A DNA stretch of 64,000 bases from Nitrospirota bacterium (GTDB taxonomy: Bacteria > Nitrospirota > Thermodesulfovibrionia > Thermodesulfovibrionales > JdFR-86): the NCBI GenBank assembly GCA_963721805.1, contig CAVRJY010000002.1:448001-512000 (forward strand). Reading direction: 5' to 3'. The position numbers and the translations under genes were made by a program. Below are positions 8,980 through 18,737 of the stretch, in pieces. Position 1 is the stretch's first letter; the number at the start of each line of letters is the position of its first letter. The notes beneath the pieces are model-generated. The model was not told where the DNA came from, searched no databases, and saw only the letters and a program-made list of their open reading frames with translations.

Positions 8980-11900
8980 GAGGGGGATACTGGATCATGC
9001 CACGGAGCAGTTTCAACATGATAAGGCTGTTTCTGCTTTCAGCCGTTTTAACAGCCGCAGCGCTCGGCGTTGCCGGGACAGCCTTTGCGGTGCTGGACCC
9101 GCCGCACTCCAGGCTGGGCAGCTGCAGCGCATGCCACAATAATGCAGCGCAGAATGTCGCAAGCTACGGCAGCATAGACAACTCGCCGCTTAACCTGATG
9201 TGCATGTCCTGCCACGGCGTCAGTGCGCCGGAGATGATCACGCACTCGTCGAGGCAGGCCATAAACTACGAAAATAACAGGTTCGGTCCCTGGACCTGGG
9301 AGTGCGTGGATTGCCATAACCCCCACAACATGGACCAGGCCAGGCGGTATCCGGGCACTTACGCATCCGGCGGTTCGGCGCTGTATAACGGCCTGGTGGC
9401 CACGGTGCGCGACGGCGCTGCGAACCGGGTCGCTGTCAAAGGACCCGTCACGAGCCTGGCCGCGGATTCGCTGGTAGGGTATATTATCGAGTTCGGCACG
9501 GGCAAGGCGTTATCAAACAGCGGGACGTATTATATTATCGCGCACAACAACGGGGACGTCATTACTGTCGCTGATGCCGGTACTTTTATCAAGTCGCCCT
9601 ATGTCGTCGCAGGCCACTCTTACGCCATCAGCAACACGGTCCTGATCAAAACCGTCATCGACAGGGGCTATCCGGTGGTCAACTCCGAGGGCGTAGTGAT
9701 CGGGCCCGAGTACCCGGACGTGAAGTACTTTAATACCGCAGGGGCCCATTCCGGCGCCGACGCCGCCAATATGACGACGTCCCTCTGCGTCGTATGTCAC
9801 ACGAAGACCGAGCACAACAACATCGGCTATGAGATCGCGAAGTCCCAGCCCGGCGGCAGCGGCAACGACTACAACGCCGCTTACGCCAACTCCGCCTCGT
9901 ACGCGCACCCTACGTCGAACGGCGCGAGCTGCTCGGCCACCGAGTGCCACTATAATGCTGCCGGAGGCCTGGTAGTGCGCTGCACCCAGTGCCACGGCTA
10001 TTTCATGCTCGACAACGGCGGCCTCGTCAACACGGACGGAAGCGGCAACTCCAGCGCGACGGGGGTGGGGTCCGTCTTCGGCGTAAACGCCATCGGCGCC
10101 CACCCGACTCACCTTGTCAAATACGGTGAAATGGGCAAATGCGACATCTGCCACACCGGCGGCATGTATGACAGCGGCCTTGCGGACAGCTATATAGACA
10201 TCGGGTTTAACGCCACTACGGCTGGCATGTCAGCGCCGGGCAAGTTGGGCACGGGTTACTTCAGCCGGGACGCCGCCGCCTGGGGCATTACAAACGGTTA
10301 TGCAGTCATCGGCATGGCCAACATCGGTGGCGACAACGGCTGTGAGAGCCTTTACTGCCACAGCAACGGCATGCCTATCGACGCGTCTACCATTTACAGG
10401 CCGAAGAACTGGTTTACGGGCACCACTGTATGCGACTCCTGCCACGGCGACAAGGCCGATCCGTCAACGATGTCGACAGCGCATTCCATACACCTTGTCA
10501 ACGGCACAATCGACAGCGGCATCACGTGTTACAACTGTCACCACGACACTGTCAGCACCGCAAAAAACAGTTATGTCGAGGACGACCTTGCGGCAGGCAC
10601 AAAGCACGTAAACGGCACCCGTGACATAGTAAACGGGGGTTCGTTTGACAACGCTTCCGGCATCAGCTGCACGGTCAGCTTCATAAAGGTGAGCGGCGGC
10701 GACGGTGTGACCCCGACCTCCTGTTCGACCGTCAGCTGCCACAGCGGCACCGGAATCGGCGACCCAAGCATCACCGCCACCTGGAGCAATTCCTCAAGCT
10801 CCGACTTCTGCTCCCTCTGCCACTCGGATATCTACGGCCGCATGCATGGCGCGGCCGCGCACAAGCACAACATGGTCCTCAACGCAAGCGACGCCGACGC
10901 ATATCCTTCGCTTCCTGACACGTCCTGCCTGCAGTGCCATGAGAAGCACTCCGACAGGGCAGCCAGCGGCAACGGCAGGTCATTCAACCTCCGCCTGAGC
11001 AACACCGCGGCGCCAAGCGCGGTCAGCAACACCGACTACCACCCCGAAGACGCAAGCGGCGGTATCTGTCTTAGCTGCCACCAGGACCGTCAGGCAGGCA
11101 ACGGCGTAGCGCTGCCCCCCATCCCCAAGGCGGACGCGGTAGCCAATGGCGCCGTGCACATGTATGCGGTGGGGAGCACCTTCAAGGACGGCTCGCAACT
11201 CGGTGCGGTCTGCGTGAAGTGCCACAGCGAAAACGGCACGGCAACGTCTCCCGTCAGCTCGTTTGGCGCACAGACGGGCACCTTTAAGTTCGCCCCGCAT
11301 CAGGGCCCCCAGCAGTCGCTGCTCATCAATAACGCCAACACGAACCCCGACGCGGCCTGTATCATGTGCCACACCTCCGGGACCGATTACTACAACAACC
11401 TGAGCGCACCGGCCGTCTCGGCTCTGCTCAACTCCGGAGCGGTGAACAATGGCCTGGGCGCATTCACCTCGGGCCACCCGGTCGGCGGCGCGTACGCGGC
11501 CAACCGCATCGTTAACTCGATCGACCTGGCGGCTGGTTCGGTTAACCCTGCATCGGGCAGGTTCGTCTCCTGCGCCGACTGCCACAACGTTCACGCCACG
11601 CAGCGCAGCCCGCGCAGCGAGAGCGGCATCGTTATGGGCGACCAGTCAGACGCGGCGCACCAGTACCTGACTGATGCGAAACTGACCCTCGCCAATACCG
11701 CATGGGGTGCGGACAGGTGGAAGGGCTACCTGATCGTAATGACGACGGCCTCGGGCGGCGGCCTCGTGGACACGAGGTTCGTGCGCCAGGTGACCGGCAG
11801 CACCACGGACGGCACCGGAACGAAATTCACCTTCGGCCTGCCGTTTACGGACAAGGCCAGCTACGTCGGCCTGGACTGGAAGTATGAGGTCAGGAAACTC

Positions 11901-14900
11901 GACGGCTCGGCTGACCTGGGCACGAACGGCGCATGGGGCGTGCAGGTCGTCTACGCCGATGGCGCTGCCAAGGCTACCGCACCGGCCAACGATACCTTCG
12001 GGCTGAACTACACAGGCGCAGCGACCTCCAGCGCCAGCGCGGCCAACTCCAACACTGTCATTGGCGGCACGTTCAGCGCTACGCAGAACCTCAGGGGCAT
12101 GACCCTCTTTGCCAACAGCGGCCCCTGCGGCCCTGCTACAACGGTCGTCGGCGGGCAGACTATAGTCACGGCCGTCGGCTCGCAATATGCAATCCTGGAC
12201 AGCGACGCCACTTCAGTCACGGTCCCCGGTATAACCGGTTGCACGCCTGCGGCCGGTGCGGGCACCACCTACCAGATCCTGGACCTCTACAATAACGTGC
12301 TGGACTCCGGCGCCTGTGACACCGCGAGCGTCTCTGACCCGTCTGCATCGCAGAAGCTTTATCCGGCCCAGCCGGTGCAGACCATCAGCACCGGTAACGC
12401 CGGGTGCGCGGATTCGACCAAAAACTGGGTGTACGGCAAGTGGGCAGGCTACAAGTTCCACTGGACCGGCGGCGCATGCGCAAACAAGGGCCAGGACGAG
12501 ATAGTCGACTGGAGCCTTACGAATGCCGTTGCCTTCAGCCAGAAGACGACCGCGAAGTGCGCGATGAATGCCGGCGATGCCTATCTGGTCGCCGGGACCG
12601 TCGTGAGCGACAACTTCGTCAACCCTGTACCGGGCGCCGACGCGACCTACACCAAGGTCGCAAACGCCGCTAATCAGCGTGACGTATGCATGAAGTGCCA
12701 CAGCTACTACGCCTTCGGCAACACGGACTATCCCGCACTCGTAAGCGGCGGGCCAAGCAGGGGCAACTTTACCTGGGAGGGCACGGGCACTGACATTGCC
12801 CTGGAATTCAACCCGAACAACCTGGCCCACCACGCGGTTTACGCGGTCGGCAAAAACCAGCCACTGCCGACTGACGGCTCGGCGCTCGATACCGTTCCCA
12901 GCGGCCGCATGACGCTATCGAAGGTGACCGCCAAGTTCGCGCGGCAGCTCAACCCTCAGTGGTTCGGCGTCGACCCCGCCATATGGACGTGGGCCGGCAC
13001 CGCCTCGGGCGGGGTGGTTACGCTCACCACGGGCACACTCCCGAACAACGCCATGCCTGGCTGGTACGTCAGAACGTCAGGCGGCAACTGGTATCAGATC
13101 ACCCAGGTGACGGACGCCACCCACTTCAACGCGGCTGCCACCAACGGCAACCCGTGGGATGGCGGTGCGACCCCGATCCCCGACGGCTCGATCGGCATGG
13201 TCACCGCAGGCCTGGGCGACACGTTCGTCCCGCCATACGGGCCGTGGGCTCAGATCAATTGTTCCGATTGCCACGGCGGCACGCCTGAAGACCCGCAGGG
13301 CCCTCACGTCTCCGCCAACCGCTGGATCATGAAGGAGGCCGACGCCGAACTCAGGTTCGAAGGCATGGACACCATCGACACCGCTGGCGGCCACTCCTCC
13401 TATAACCCCGGCGTTAAGATAATCAAGTACGGCCAGATCTCGTATACGAGGCCCGGTGCTGCCGGCACCGTCCCCGAGAACGACGACACCGAGCTCCTGC
13501 CGCAGTACGTATGCTACAACTGCCACAGGGCCGACGTATACGGCACGGCCGAGGACGAGGGCTCAAGCAACTCCGAGAATTTCTCGGCTAGCGGACCGCT
13601 CAATGATTTCAACAACCTGTACGCCTACAAGGAGGGACCGAGGAACAACAAGCTCTCCAGGCAGCCACACGGCGCATCGGTCCTGTACGGCACGGCCCAC
13701 TGCCAGATCCCGACGCAGAAGTTCGGCACGTGGGGCATATTCTGCAAGAACTGCCACCTTGGCGAGCGCATGGGCGCGGTGCACGGCACCAACGGCCTCA
13801 ACAACACGCCGGACTCGTCGATGAGCGCGGACGGGAATCCTGACTACGACTCCAACCCGATCGGGATAGTAAGGGCCACCTCCTGCGTAAACAACGGGAC
13901 GGACTTAAATACCAGCTGCGCGGCCCCTGTTGCAGCGCTTGCCACCCCGTATGGCGGCGACCACTCGCTGATCGGATTTAGCATGCGGTTTAACGAGGAC
14001 ACCGCCAACAACTGTTACGCCACTACCCCGGCCGTCATTGACAATATCGGTAACACGATATATTTCAAGACCGTGGACAAGACCAAGCTGGGCTGCACTC
14101 CCACAACCAGCTCCACGTTCAACCTCTATGACCGCGGCCTAATCAATCCCGCGACGGGTGATTACACTGGCGTGACCCCTGCATACAACGGTACGTGCGA
14201 TCAGGCTACAACCGGCGTGTCGGTCTGCAACACGTCGTCGCTTGCCGACCAGACCGTTAACAAATACGCCGGCTACGTCCTGCAGTACACTAACGGGGCA
14301 TGTAACGGCATAAACGCGCTTGTCACGGGCAACACGAAAAGCGGAAGTAATGCGGTGCTCGCCGTAGGCGCTGTCAACGGCACGCTCTGTGTGCCGCGCA
14401 GTGGAGGTTATCCTGACGACGGTCTTGTCAGCCTGAGCAGCGTGTTCGGCAAGTGCACGAACTCAATCGACTACGGTGACGGAGTCATGGGGATCTACAA
14501 CTGTGTGGACGTCACGAAGAACTTCGGCGGAGCCTCGGGGGACAATGCCCTGGTTGGCCAATATATAGCGATTATCAGCCTCACGACCGCAACCGCCACC
14601 CCCGCATGTCTGGGCCAGCCCCTGCGGGTCATGGGCAACCTCTACAACAGCCTACTCGTCAACGGGTTGGACGGCAACGGCGGGCTTTGCAACGTTGCCG
14701 CGGCTACAAATTACAGCTTTGTCGGAGCCAACCGGACGAGCATCACCAAGGGCGGCCATATCTCGAAGAACCAGGGAAAGAGGTTCCTCAACGGCGGAGG
14801 CTGGAGCGGCTGGGACAACGTGAACAACCTTAAGGCTCTCGATAGGGCCGGTACCAACTACCAGGGCGCCTGCTATGTCACGGCGGCCACGAACAACAAC

Positions 14901-15020
14901 GTCTCCAACTGCGGCAGTGCGCACGGGGCTGATAATTCGAACGTTAGCGGCGCAGTTGGCGGCCACGGCGGCTTCTCGACGTATGCCAACCCTGCGACTT
15001 ACGACTATGACGCCAACTAG
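8976..15020 (+). CDS. Giant secreted multiheme c-type cytochrome (18 CxxCH + 3 CxxxxCH)
   Basis: Motifs counted by eye; CxxxxCH = CSATECH, CESLYCH, CSTVSCH. Signal peptide ending AFA. GTG overlaps the upstream stop; alternative ATG at 8997. Confidence 0.92.
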   Translation: MRGGYWIMPRSSFNMIRLFLLSAVLTAAALGVAGTAFAVLDPPHSRLGSCSACHNNAAQNVASYGSIDNSPLNLMCMSCHGVSAPEMITHSSRQAINYENNRFGPWTWECVDCHNPHNMDQARRYPGTYASGGSALYNGLVATVRDGAANRVAVKGPVTSLAADSLVGYIIEFGTGKALSNSGTYYIIAHNNGDVITVADAGTFIKSPYVVAGHSYAISNTVLIKTVIDRGYPVVNSEGVVIGPEYPDVKYFNTAGAHSGADAANMTTSLCVVCHTKTEHNNIGYEIAKSQPGGSGNDYNAAYANSASYAHPTSNGASCSATECHYNAAGGLVVRCTQCHGYFMLDNGGLVNTDGSGNSSATGVGSVFGVNAIGAHPTHLVKYGEMGKCDICHTGGMYDSGLADSYIDIGFNATTAGMSAPGKLGTGYFSRDAAAWGITNGYAVIGMANIGGDNGCESLYCHSNGMPIDASTIYRPKNWFTGTTVCDSCHGDKADPSTMSTAHSIHLVNGTIDSGITCYNCHHDTVSTAKNSYVEDDLAAGTKHVNGTRDIVNGGSFDNASGISCTVSFIKVSGGDGVTPTSCSTVSCHSGTGIGDPSITATWSNSSSSDFCSLCHSDIYGRMHGAAAHKHNMVLNASDADAYPSLPDTSCLQCHEKHSDRAASGNGRSFNLRLSNTAAPSAVSNTDYHPEDASGGICLSCHQDRQAGNGVALPPIPKADAVANGAVHMYAVGSTFKDGSQLGAVCVKCHSENGTATSPVSSFGAQTGTFKFAPHQGPQQSLLINNANTNPDAACIMCHTSGTDYYNNLSAPAVSALLNSGAVNNGLGAFTSGHPVGGAYAANRIVNSIDLAAGSVNPASGRFVSCADCHNVHATQRSPRSESGIVMGDQSDAAHQYLTDAKLTLANTAWGADRWKGYLIVMTTASGGGLVDTRFVRQVTGSTTDGTGTKFTFGLPFTDKASYVGLDWKYEVRKLDGSADLGTNGAWGVQVVYADGAAKATAPANDTFGLNYTGAATSSASAANSNTVIGGTFSATQNLRGMTLFANSGPCGPATTVVGGQTIVTAVGSQYAILDSDATSVTVPGITGCTPAAGAGTTYQILDLYNNVLDSGACDTASVSDPSASQKLYPAQPVQTISTGNAGCADSTKNWVYGKWAGYKFHWTGGACANKGQDEIVDWSLTNAVAFSQKTTAKCAMNAGDAYLVAGTVVSDNFVNPVPGADATYTKVANAANQRDVCMKCHSYYAFGNTDYPALVSGGPSRGNFTWEGTGTDIALEFNPNNLAHHAVYAVGKNQPLPTDGSALDTVPSGRMTLSKVTAKFARQLNPQWFGVDPAIWTWAGTASGGVVTLTTGTLPNNAMPGWYVRTSGGNWYQITQVTDATHFNAAATNGNPWDGGATPIPDGSIGMVTAGLGDTFVPPYGPWAQINCSDCHGGTPEDPQGPHVSANRWIMKEADAELRFEGMDTIDTAGGHSSYNPGVKIIKYGQISYTRPGAAGTVPENDDTELLPQYVCYNCHRADVYGTAEDEGSSNSENFSASGPLNDFNNLYAYKEGPRNNKLSRQPHGASVLYGTAHCQIPTQKFGTWGIFCKNCHLGERMGAVHGTNGLNNTPDSSMSADGNPDYDSNPIGIVRATSCVNNGTDLNTSCAAPVAALATPYGGDHSLIGFSMRFNEDTANNCYATTPAVIDNIGNTIYFKTVDKTKLGCTPTTSSTFNLYDRGLINPATGDYTGVTPAYNGTCDQATTGVSVCNTSSLADQTVNKYAGYVLQYTNGACNGINALVTGNTKSGSNAVLAVGAVNGTLCVPRSGGYPDDGLVSLSSVFGKCTNSIDYGDGVMGIYNCVDVTKNFGGASGDNALVGQYIAIISLTTATATPACLGQPLRVMGNLYNSLLVNGLDGNGGLCNVAAATNYSFVGANRTSITKGGHISKNQGKRFLNGGGWSGWDNVNNLKALDRAGTNYQGACYVTAATNNNVSNCGSAHGADNSNVSGAVGGHGGFSTYANPATYDYDAN

Positions 15021-15038
15021 GTCGTAGCCGCGCACCAA

Positions 15039-15085
15039 ATGCGCAGGCGCTGGACGGGCTCCTGGCCCGCCTAGCGCCTGCGCAT
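15039..15085 (+). terminator. Strong hairpin 3' of the cytochrome gene
   Basis: ATGCGCAGGCGCT...AGCGCCTGCGCAT stem with inner CGGGC/GCCCG; no clear U-tract. Confidence 0.5.
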
Positions 15086-15182
15086 ACATAAAGTAAAATC
15101 AGCTTCCCTGTAATTTTTTGCATGGACTCCATCTCGACTCCGTAAACAGCGAGCTTGCAAGGCTAAAAATGAAATCCACATC

Positions 15183-15345
15183 AGGGCCGCCCAAAGCATT
15201 TCAGACTACATATTGATATATCTATGGGGGCGGTTGGCCCCGCCCCTTGGAAAAGGTGCCCGTGGCACCCCGATGGCGTACTTTGACGTACATAGAGGCC
15301 GAGTCTTTGAAGCCCAGCGCAGTATCGAACGATTTGGCGCGTTTT
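15183..15345 (-). repeat. Degenerate, interrupted copy (F) of the 123-bp palindromic repeat
   Basis: 15269-15345 (CGATGGCGTAC...GTACATAGAGGCCGAGTCTTTG...CGATTTGGCGCGTTTT) matches the reverse complement of copies A-C. A left-end remnant is at 15183-15208. Confidence 0.7.
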
Positions 15346-15420
15346 GAAGAAAGGCCTCGTTGCCAGCCAGGGGATTAGGCGATATACTTAGGTTAGAGAG
15401 TGAAAACTAGGAGGTTACTA

Positions 15421-15861
15421 ATGGCAAAGTTGATTGTAGTGGCAGACATGGGACACTTCAAGGCATACAAGCTGACACATGAGATTCAGGAGAGCCCGCA
15501 CCTCGAGCTCGTCAGCAGCATCGACAACATCGGCGCGCACGGCAAGATGTCCGAGAAGGTCACGGACGGCGCAGGCAGGTTCTCGGAGAGCGGCGCCAAG
15601 GCCGGAGCTGCAAGGGGATACGGGGAGCCGCACAGCGCCGAAACCGAGGGCCGTAAGCGGGGGATAGAACTGCTCGCCGGTGAGATAGGCAGATTAGTAA
15701 AAAGCGAGGGAGTCGCGATATGGCATCTCGCGGCCGCAAAGTCGATAAACAGCCAGCTCGTAGAGAGCCTCGACGAGGACGCGAAGGCGAAGCTCAGGAA
15801 AAACCTTACCTCGGACCTGACTAATACGCCGCCCTCGGAGCTCCTTGCACACTTTGCCTGA
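15421..15861 (+). CDS. Host-attachment-protein family (baeRF-like) protein
   Basis: LIVVAD N-terminus, DGAGRF motif, SDLT C-terminus; AGGAGG RBS before ATG 15421. Confidence 0.7.
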   Translation: MAKLIVVADMGHFKAYKLTHEIQESPHLELVSSIDNIGAHGKMSEKVTDGAGRFSESGAKAGAARGYGEPHSAETEGRKRGIELLAGEIGRLVKSEGVAIWHLAAAKSINSQLVESLDEDAKAKLRKNLTSDLTNTPPSELLAHFA

Positions 15862-15868
15862 ACGCGGC

Positions 15869-16339
15869 TCAGGCCCTGAGCGCCTTAAGCAGGGCGGCCT
15901 CGACCGCACGCATCCTGCGTGCCTTCGATGGCCCGGCCTCGTGGTCGTGGCCGATGAGGTGCAGCAGGCCGTGCACGAGCAGCTCGCGCATGCGCTCGCG
16001 CGGCGGGATCCCGGCCTCCGCGGCCTGTGCCTCGGCGACCTCCGGGCAGATTACGATATCGCCCAGAAGGTATGCGCCCTCGCGCGGAAAGTCCTTGGGC
16101 GAGGCATGTACCGGGAACGAGAGCACGTCGGTGGGGCGGTCGGTATCGCGGTACGTGCGGTTAAGCGACCTGATGCCCGCGCGGCCCGCAAGGTGGATGT
16201 CGAGCTCGGCCCGGACGAGCCCGAGCGCGCGCATGAGCGTGAGGGCATCGCGCTTAAGCCCGCTATGCGAAGGCCTTTTCTTCCTTAGGCTGCTGCGGAC
16301 CCTTGCCGTCACCGTTGCCTCCCCCGCCGTCTTCGCCAT
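15869..16339 (-). CDS. ybeY: rRNA maturation RNase YbeY
   Basis: LNRTYR, PTDVLSFP, LGDIVIC, HGLLHLIGHDH motifs. Confidence 0.95.
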   Translation of the reverse strand: MAKTAGEATVTARVRSSLRKKRPSHSGLKRDALTLMRALGLVRAELDIHLAGRAGIRSLNRTYRDTDRPTDVLSFPVHASPKDFPREGAYLLGDIVICPEVAEAQAAEAGIPPRERMRELLVHGLLHLIGHDHEAGPSKARRMRAVEAALLKALRA

Positions 16340-17783
16340 TGAAGTCGAAGCCCGGATAGTTGATCCGCTTGTGCAGCATTCCGGTCAGGACGTGCGTGAA
16401 GCGGGCCTTGATCTGGTATATGTCCTTGAGCGTGAGCTCGCACTCGTCGAGCTGCCCGGCGAGGAAGATGTGGTTTACGATCTTGTCCACGAGGGCCTCG
16501 ATGCGCGCCGGAGTGGGCTCGTTGAGCACGCGCGATGCGGCCTCGACCGCGTCGGCGATCATGATGAGCGCGGCGGTGCGGCTCTGGGGGCGAGGGCCGG
16601 GGTAGCGGTATTCCTCCTCGTTGGGGCCGGAGGCCGAGCCGTCGTTGATCCCCTTGGCCTTCTCAAAGAAGTACGTTATGAGCGCGGTGCCGTGGTGCTG
16701 CTCGATCACGTCCTTGATGACCTCGGGGAGCTTGTGCTCGATGGCGAGCTCGACGCCCTCCTTGACGTGCGATATCAGGATCATGCCGGACATGTGCGGG
16801 CTCAGGCGGTCGTGGCGGCTCACGCCCGTGGGCGAGTTCTCGATGAAGTACTCCGGCATGCGCATCTTGCCGATGTCGTGGTAGTAGGCCCCGACGCGCG
16901 CCAGCAGCGGATTGACGCCGATGTCCTCGGCCACGGACTCCACGAGGTTGCCCACTATGATGCTGTGGTGGTAGGTGCCCGGGGCGGAGATCATCAGGTT
17001 CTTCATCAGCGGCTGGTCGAGGTCTAGGAGCTCCAGCAGGCTGATGTCGGTCGTGACCTTGAAGGCATACTCCAGCAGCGGCAGCAGTATCGAGACCATC
17101 GCCATGGCTATGATCGCGCCTGCCGCGGCGTACGCGAACGAGGGCAGCGACTCGGCCCCGGTGATGTCGCCGGAATACAGCAGCAGCCCGGCCGTCATCG
17201 CCAGGTTGGCGACGAGCAGCCAGAAGCCGCCGCGGATTATCGCTGTGCGCTTCTTGCAGCGTATGATGCTGAACGAGGCGGTCAGGCTCCCGACGAAGAC
17301 GTAGACCGAGACTACGGGGTCGCCGAGCCATATGCCGGTCAGGAGGCTCACGATGAAGGAGAACATGATCGAGGTGTGGAAGTCGAACAGCAGCGTGACG
17401 AGCATCGCGCCGGCCGGGATCGGCATGCCGAACATCGCGGGGTGGCCGGTAGCGATGCCGAACCCGCGCGAGAGGGCCTCGAGCGTGAAGTCCCCGAGCC
17501 GCCCGAGCCAGAGCGTCCCGGCCACCATCGCCCCGAGGAGCACCATCATGCGGTAGCGCGACAGGAACTGCGGCTTGTACCGGAGGATGTCGCGGTAGAG
17601 CACGGCAAGCAGGATGGTCGAGAGCACGAAGCCCCCGGCGAGCTCTTGCGGGCTCCACGCGTGCGCGATCAGGGCCGAGCACAGCGCTCCGGCCGCGGCC
17701 GGAAGCGCATAGAGCTTCAGGTCGACGGACTTGAAGCTGAGCTTATCCCTTGTCTGTTTCCGGCTCTCTTTTGTAATGCTCAT
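16263..17783 (-). CDS. 7TM-HD (HDIG) phosphohydrolase, PgpH-like, without a large extracellular domain
   Basis: Multiple TM helices, APGTYHHS, YYHDIGK, QHHGT, YRYPGPRP, ADAVEAA; canonical phoH-HD-ybeY synteny. Confidence 0.9.
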   Translation of the reverse strand: MSITKESRKQTRDKLSFKSVDLKLYALPAAAGALCSALIAHAWSPQELAGGFVLSTILLAVLYRDILRYKPQFLSRYRMMVLLGAMVAGTLWLGRLGDFTLEALSRGFGIATGHPAMFGMPIPAGAMLVTLLFDFHTSIMFSFIVSLLTGIWLGDPVVSVYVFVGSLTASFSIIRCKKRTAIIRGGFWLLVANLAMTAGLLLYSGDITGAESLPSFAYAAAGAIIAMAMVSILLPLLEYAFKVTTDISLLELLDLDQPLMKNLMISAPGTYHHSIIVGNLVESVAEDIGVNPLLARVGAYYHDIGKMRMPEYFIENSPTGVSRHDRLSPHMSGMILISHVKEGVELAIEHKLPEVIKDVIEQHHGTALITYFFEKAKGINDGSASGPNEEEYRYPGPRPQSRTAALIMIADAVEAASRVLNEPTPARIEALVDKIVNHIFLAGQLDECELTLKDIYQIKARFTHVLTGMLHKRINYPGFDFNGEDGGGGNGDGKGPQQPKEEKAFA

Positions 17784-18726
17784 ATGCCCTCACGATGCGC
17801 TGCACGAGCTTGTGCCGCACAACGTCGTGCTCGTCAAAGTGTATGAATTTGATCCCCTCCACGCTGCCGAGGACCTTCTGCGCCTCGATGAGCCCGGAGA
17901 CCTGCCCGCGCGGCAGGTCGATCTGGGTCGTGTCGCCCGTGATCACGGTCCGGGAGTTAAACCCGAGCCGCGTGAGGTACATCTTCATCTGCTCGGAGGT
18001 GGTGTTCTGCGCCTCGTCCAGGATTATAAACGAATCGTTGAGCGTGCGGCCGCGCATGAAGGCAAGCGGGGCTATCTCGATGACGCCGCGCTCTATCAGG
18101 CTTGTTGCCTTCTCGAGCTCGATCATGTCAAATAGCGCATCATAGAGCGGCCGGAGGTACGGCATGATCTTCTCCGAGAGGTCCCCGGGCAGGTAGCCGA
18201 GCTTCTCTCCGGCCTCGACCGCCGGGCGCGCGAGCACCACGCGGCTCACCTGCTTTGAGAGCAGCGCGTTAACGGCCATCGCCATCGCGAGGTAGGTCTT
18301 GCCGGTGCCGGCCGGGCCGATCCCTATCACCATGTCGTGCGTGCGGATGGCCTCGATGTACTCGACCTGGTTTTTGGTCTTGGGTATGACCGCGGACTTG
18401 CGGGGCGAGACGGGTATGCTGTGGGCGAAGAGCTTCGAGAAGGAGGTGCCTTCAGCGCCCTCGGCGCCCTCGGCGTAAATTCTGAGCGCGTTTCTGACCT
18501 CGTCTCGCTTTATGCGGTGGCCTTCGCGGTTCAGGACTCGCAGCTCCTCGAACAGGGTTATGGCGCTGTCGACGGCGGGCTGCTCGCCCTGCAATATAAT
18601 GCGGTCCCCCCGGACGCTGATGCGGACGCCGAGGGTCTTCTCTATAAGCCCGTAGCTCGCGGGGACTTCGCCCGAGATCAGTGCGCGTTCGCTCTCGGCG
18701 TCGAGCTCTATGTTGGTGGTTACCGT
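17743..18726 (-). CDS. phoH: PhoH family ATPase
   Basis: GPAGTGKT, RPAVEAGE, MRGRT, DEAQN motifs. The frame is open and PhoH-like upstream of TTG 18594; likely non-canonical start ACG at 18726 after GAGGGG. Confidence 0.9.
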   Translation of the reverse strand, partial: TVTTNIELDAESERALISGEVPASYGLIEKTLGVRISVRGDRIILQGEQPAVDSAITLFEELRVLNREGHRIKRDEVRNALRIYAEGAEGAEGTSFSKLFAHSIPVSPRKSAVIPKTKNQVEYIEAIRTHDMVIGIGPAGTGKTYLAMAMAVNALLSKQVSRVVLARPAVEAGEKLGYLPGDLSEKIMPYLRPLYDALFDMIELEKATSLIERGVIEIAPLAFMRGRTLNDSFIILDEAQNTTSEQMKMYLTRLGFNSRTVITGDTTQIDLPRGQVSGLIEAQKVLGSVEGIKFIHFDEHDVVRHKLVQRIVRAYEHYKREPETDKG

Positions 18727-18737
18727 GGGCGGTCCCC

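Noticed and set aside
16663..17682. 339-aa Arg-rich ORF and similar alternative-frame ORFs across the window
   Set aside because: Off-frame overlaps of well-supported genes caused by high GC3; no independent evidence.
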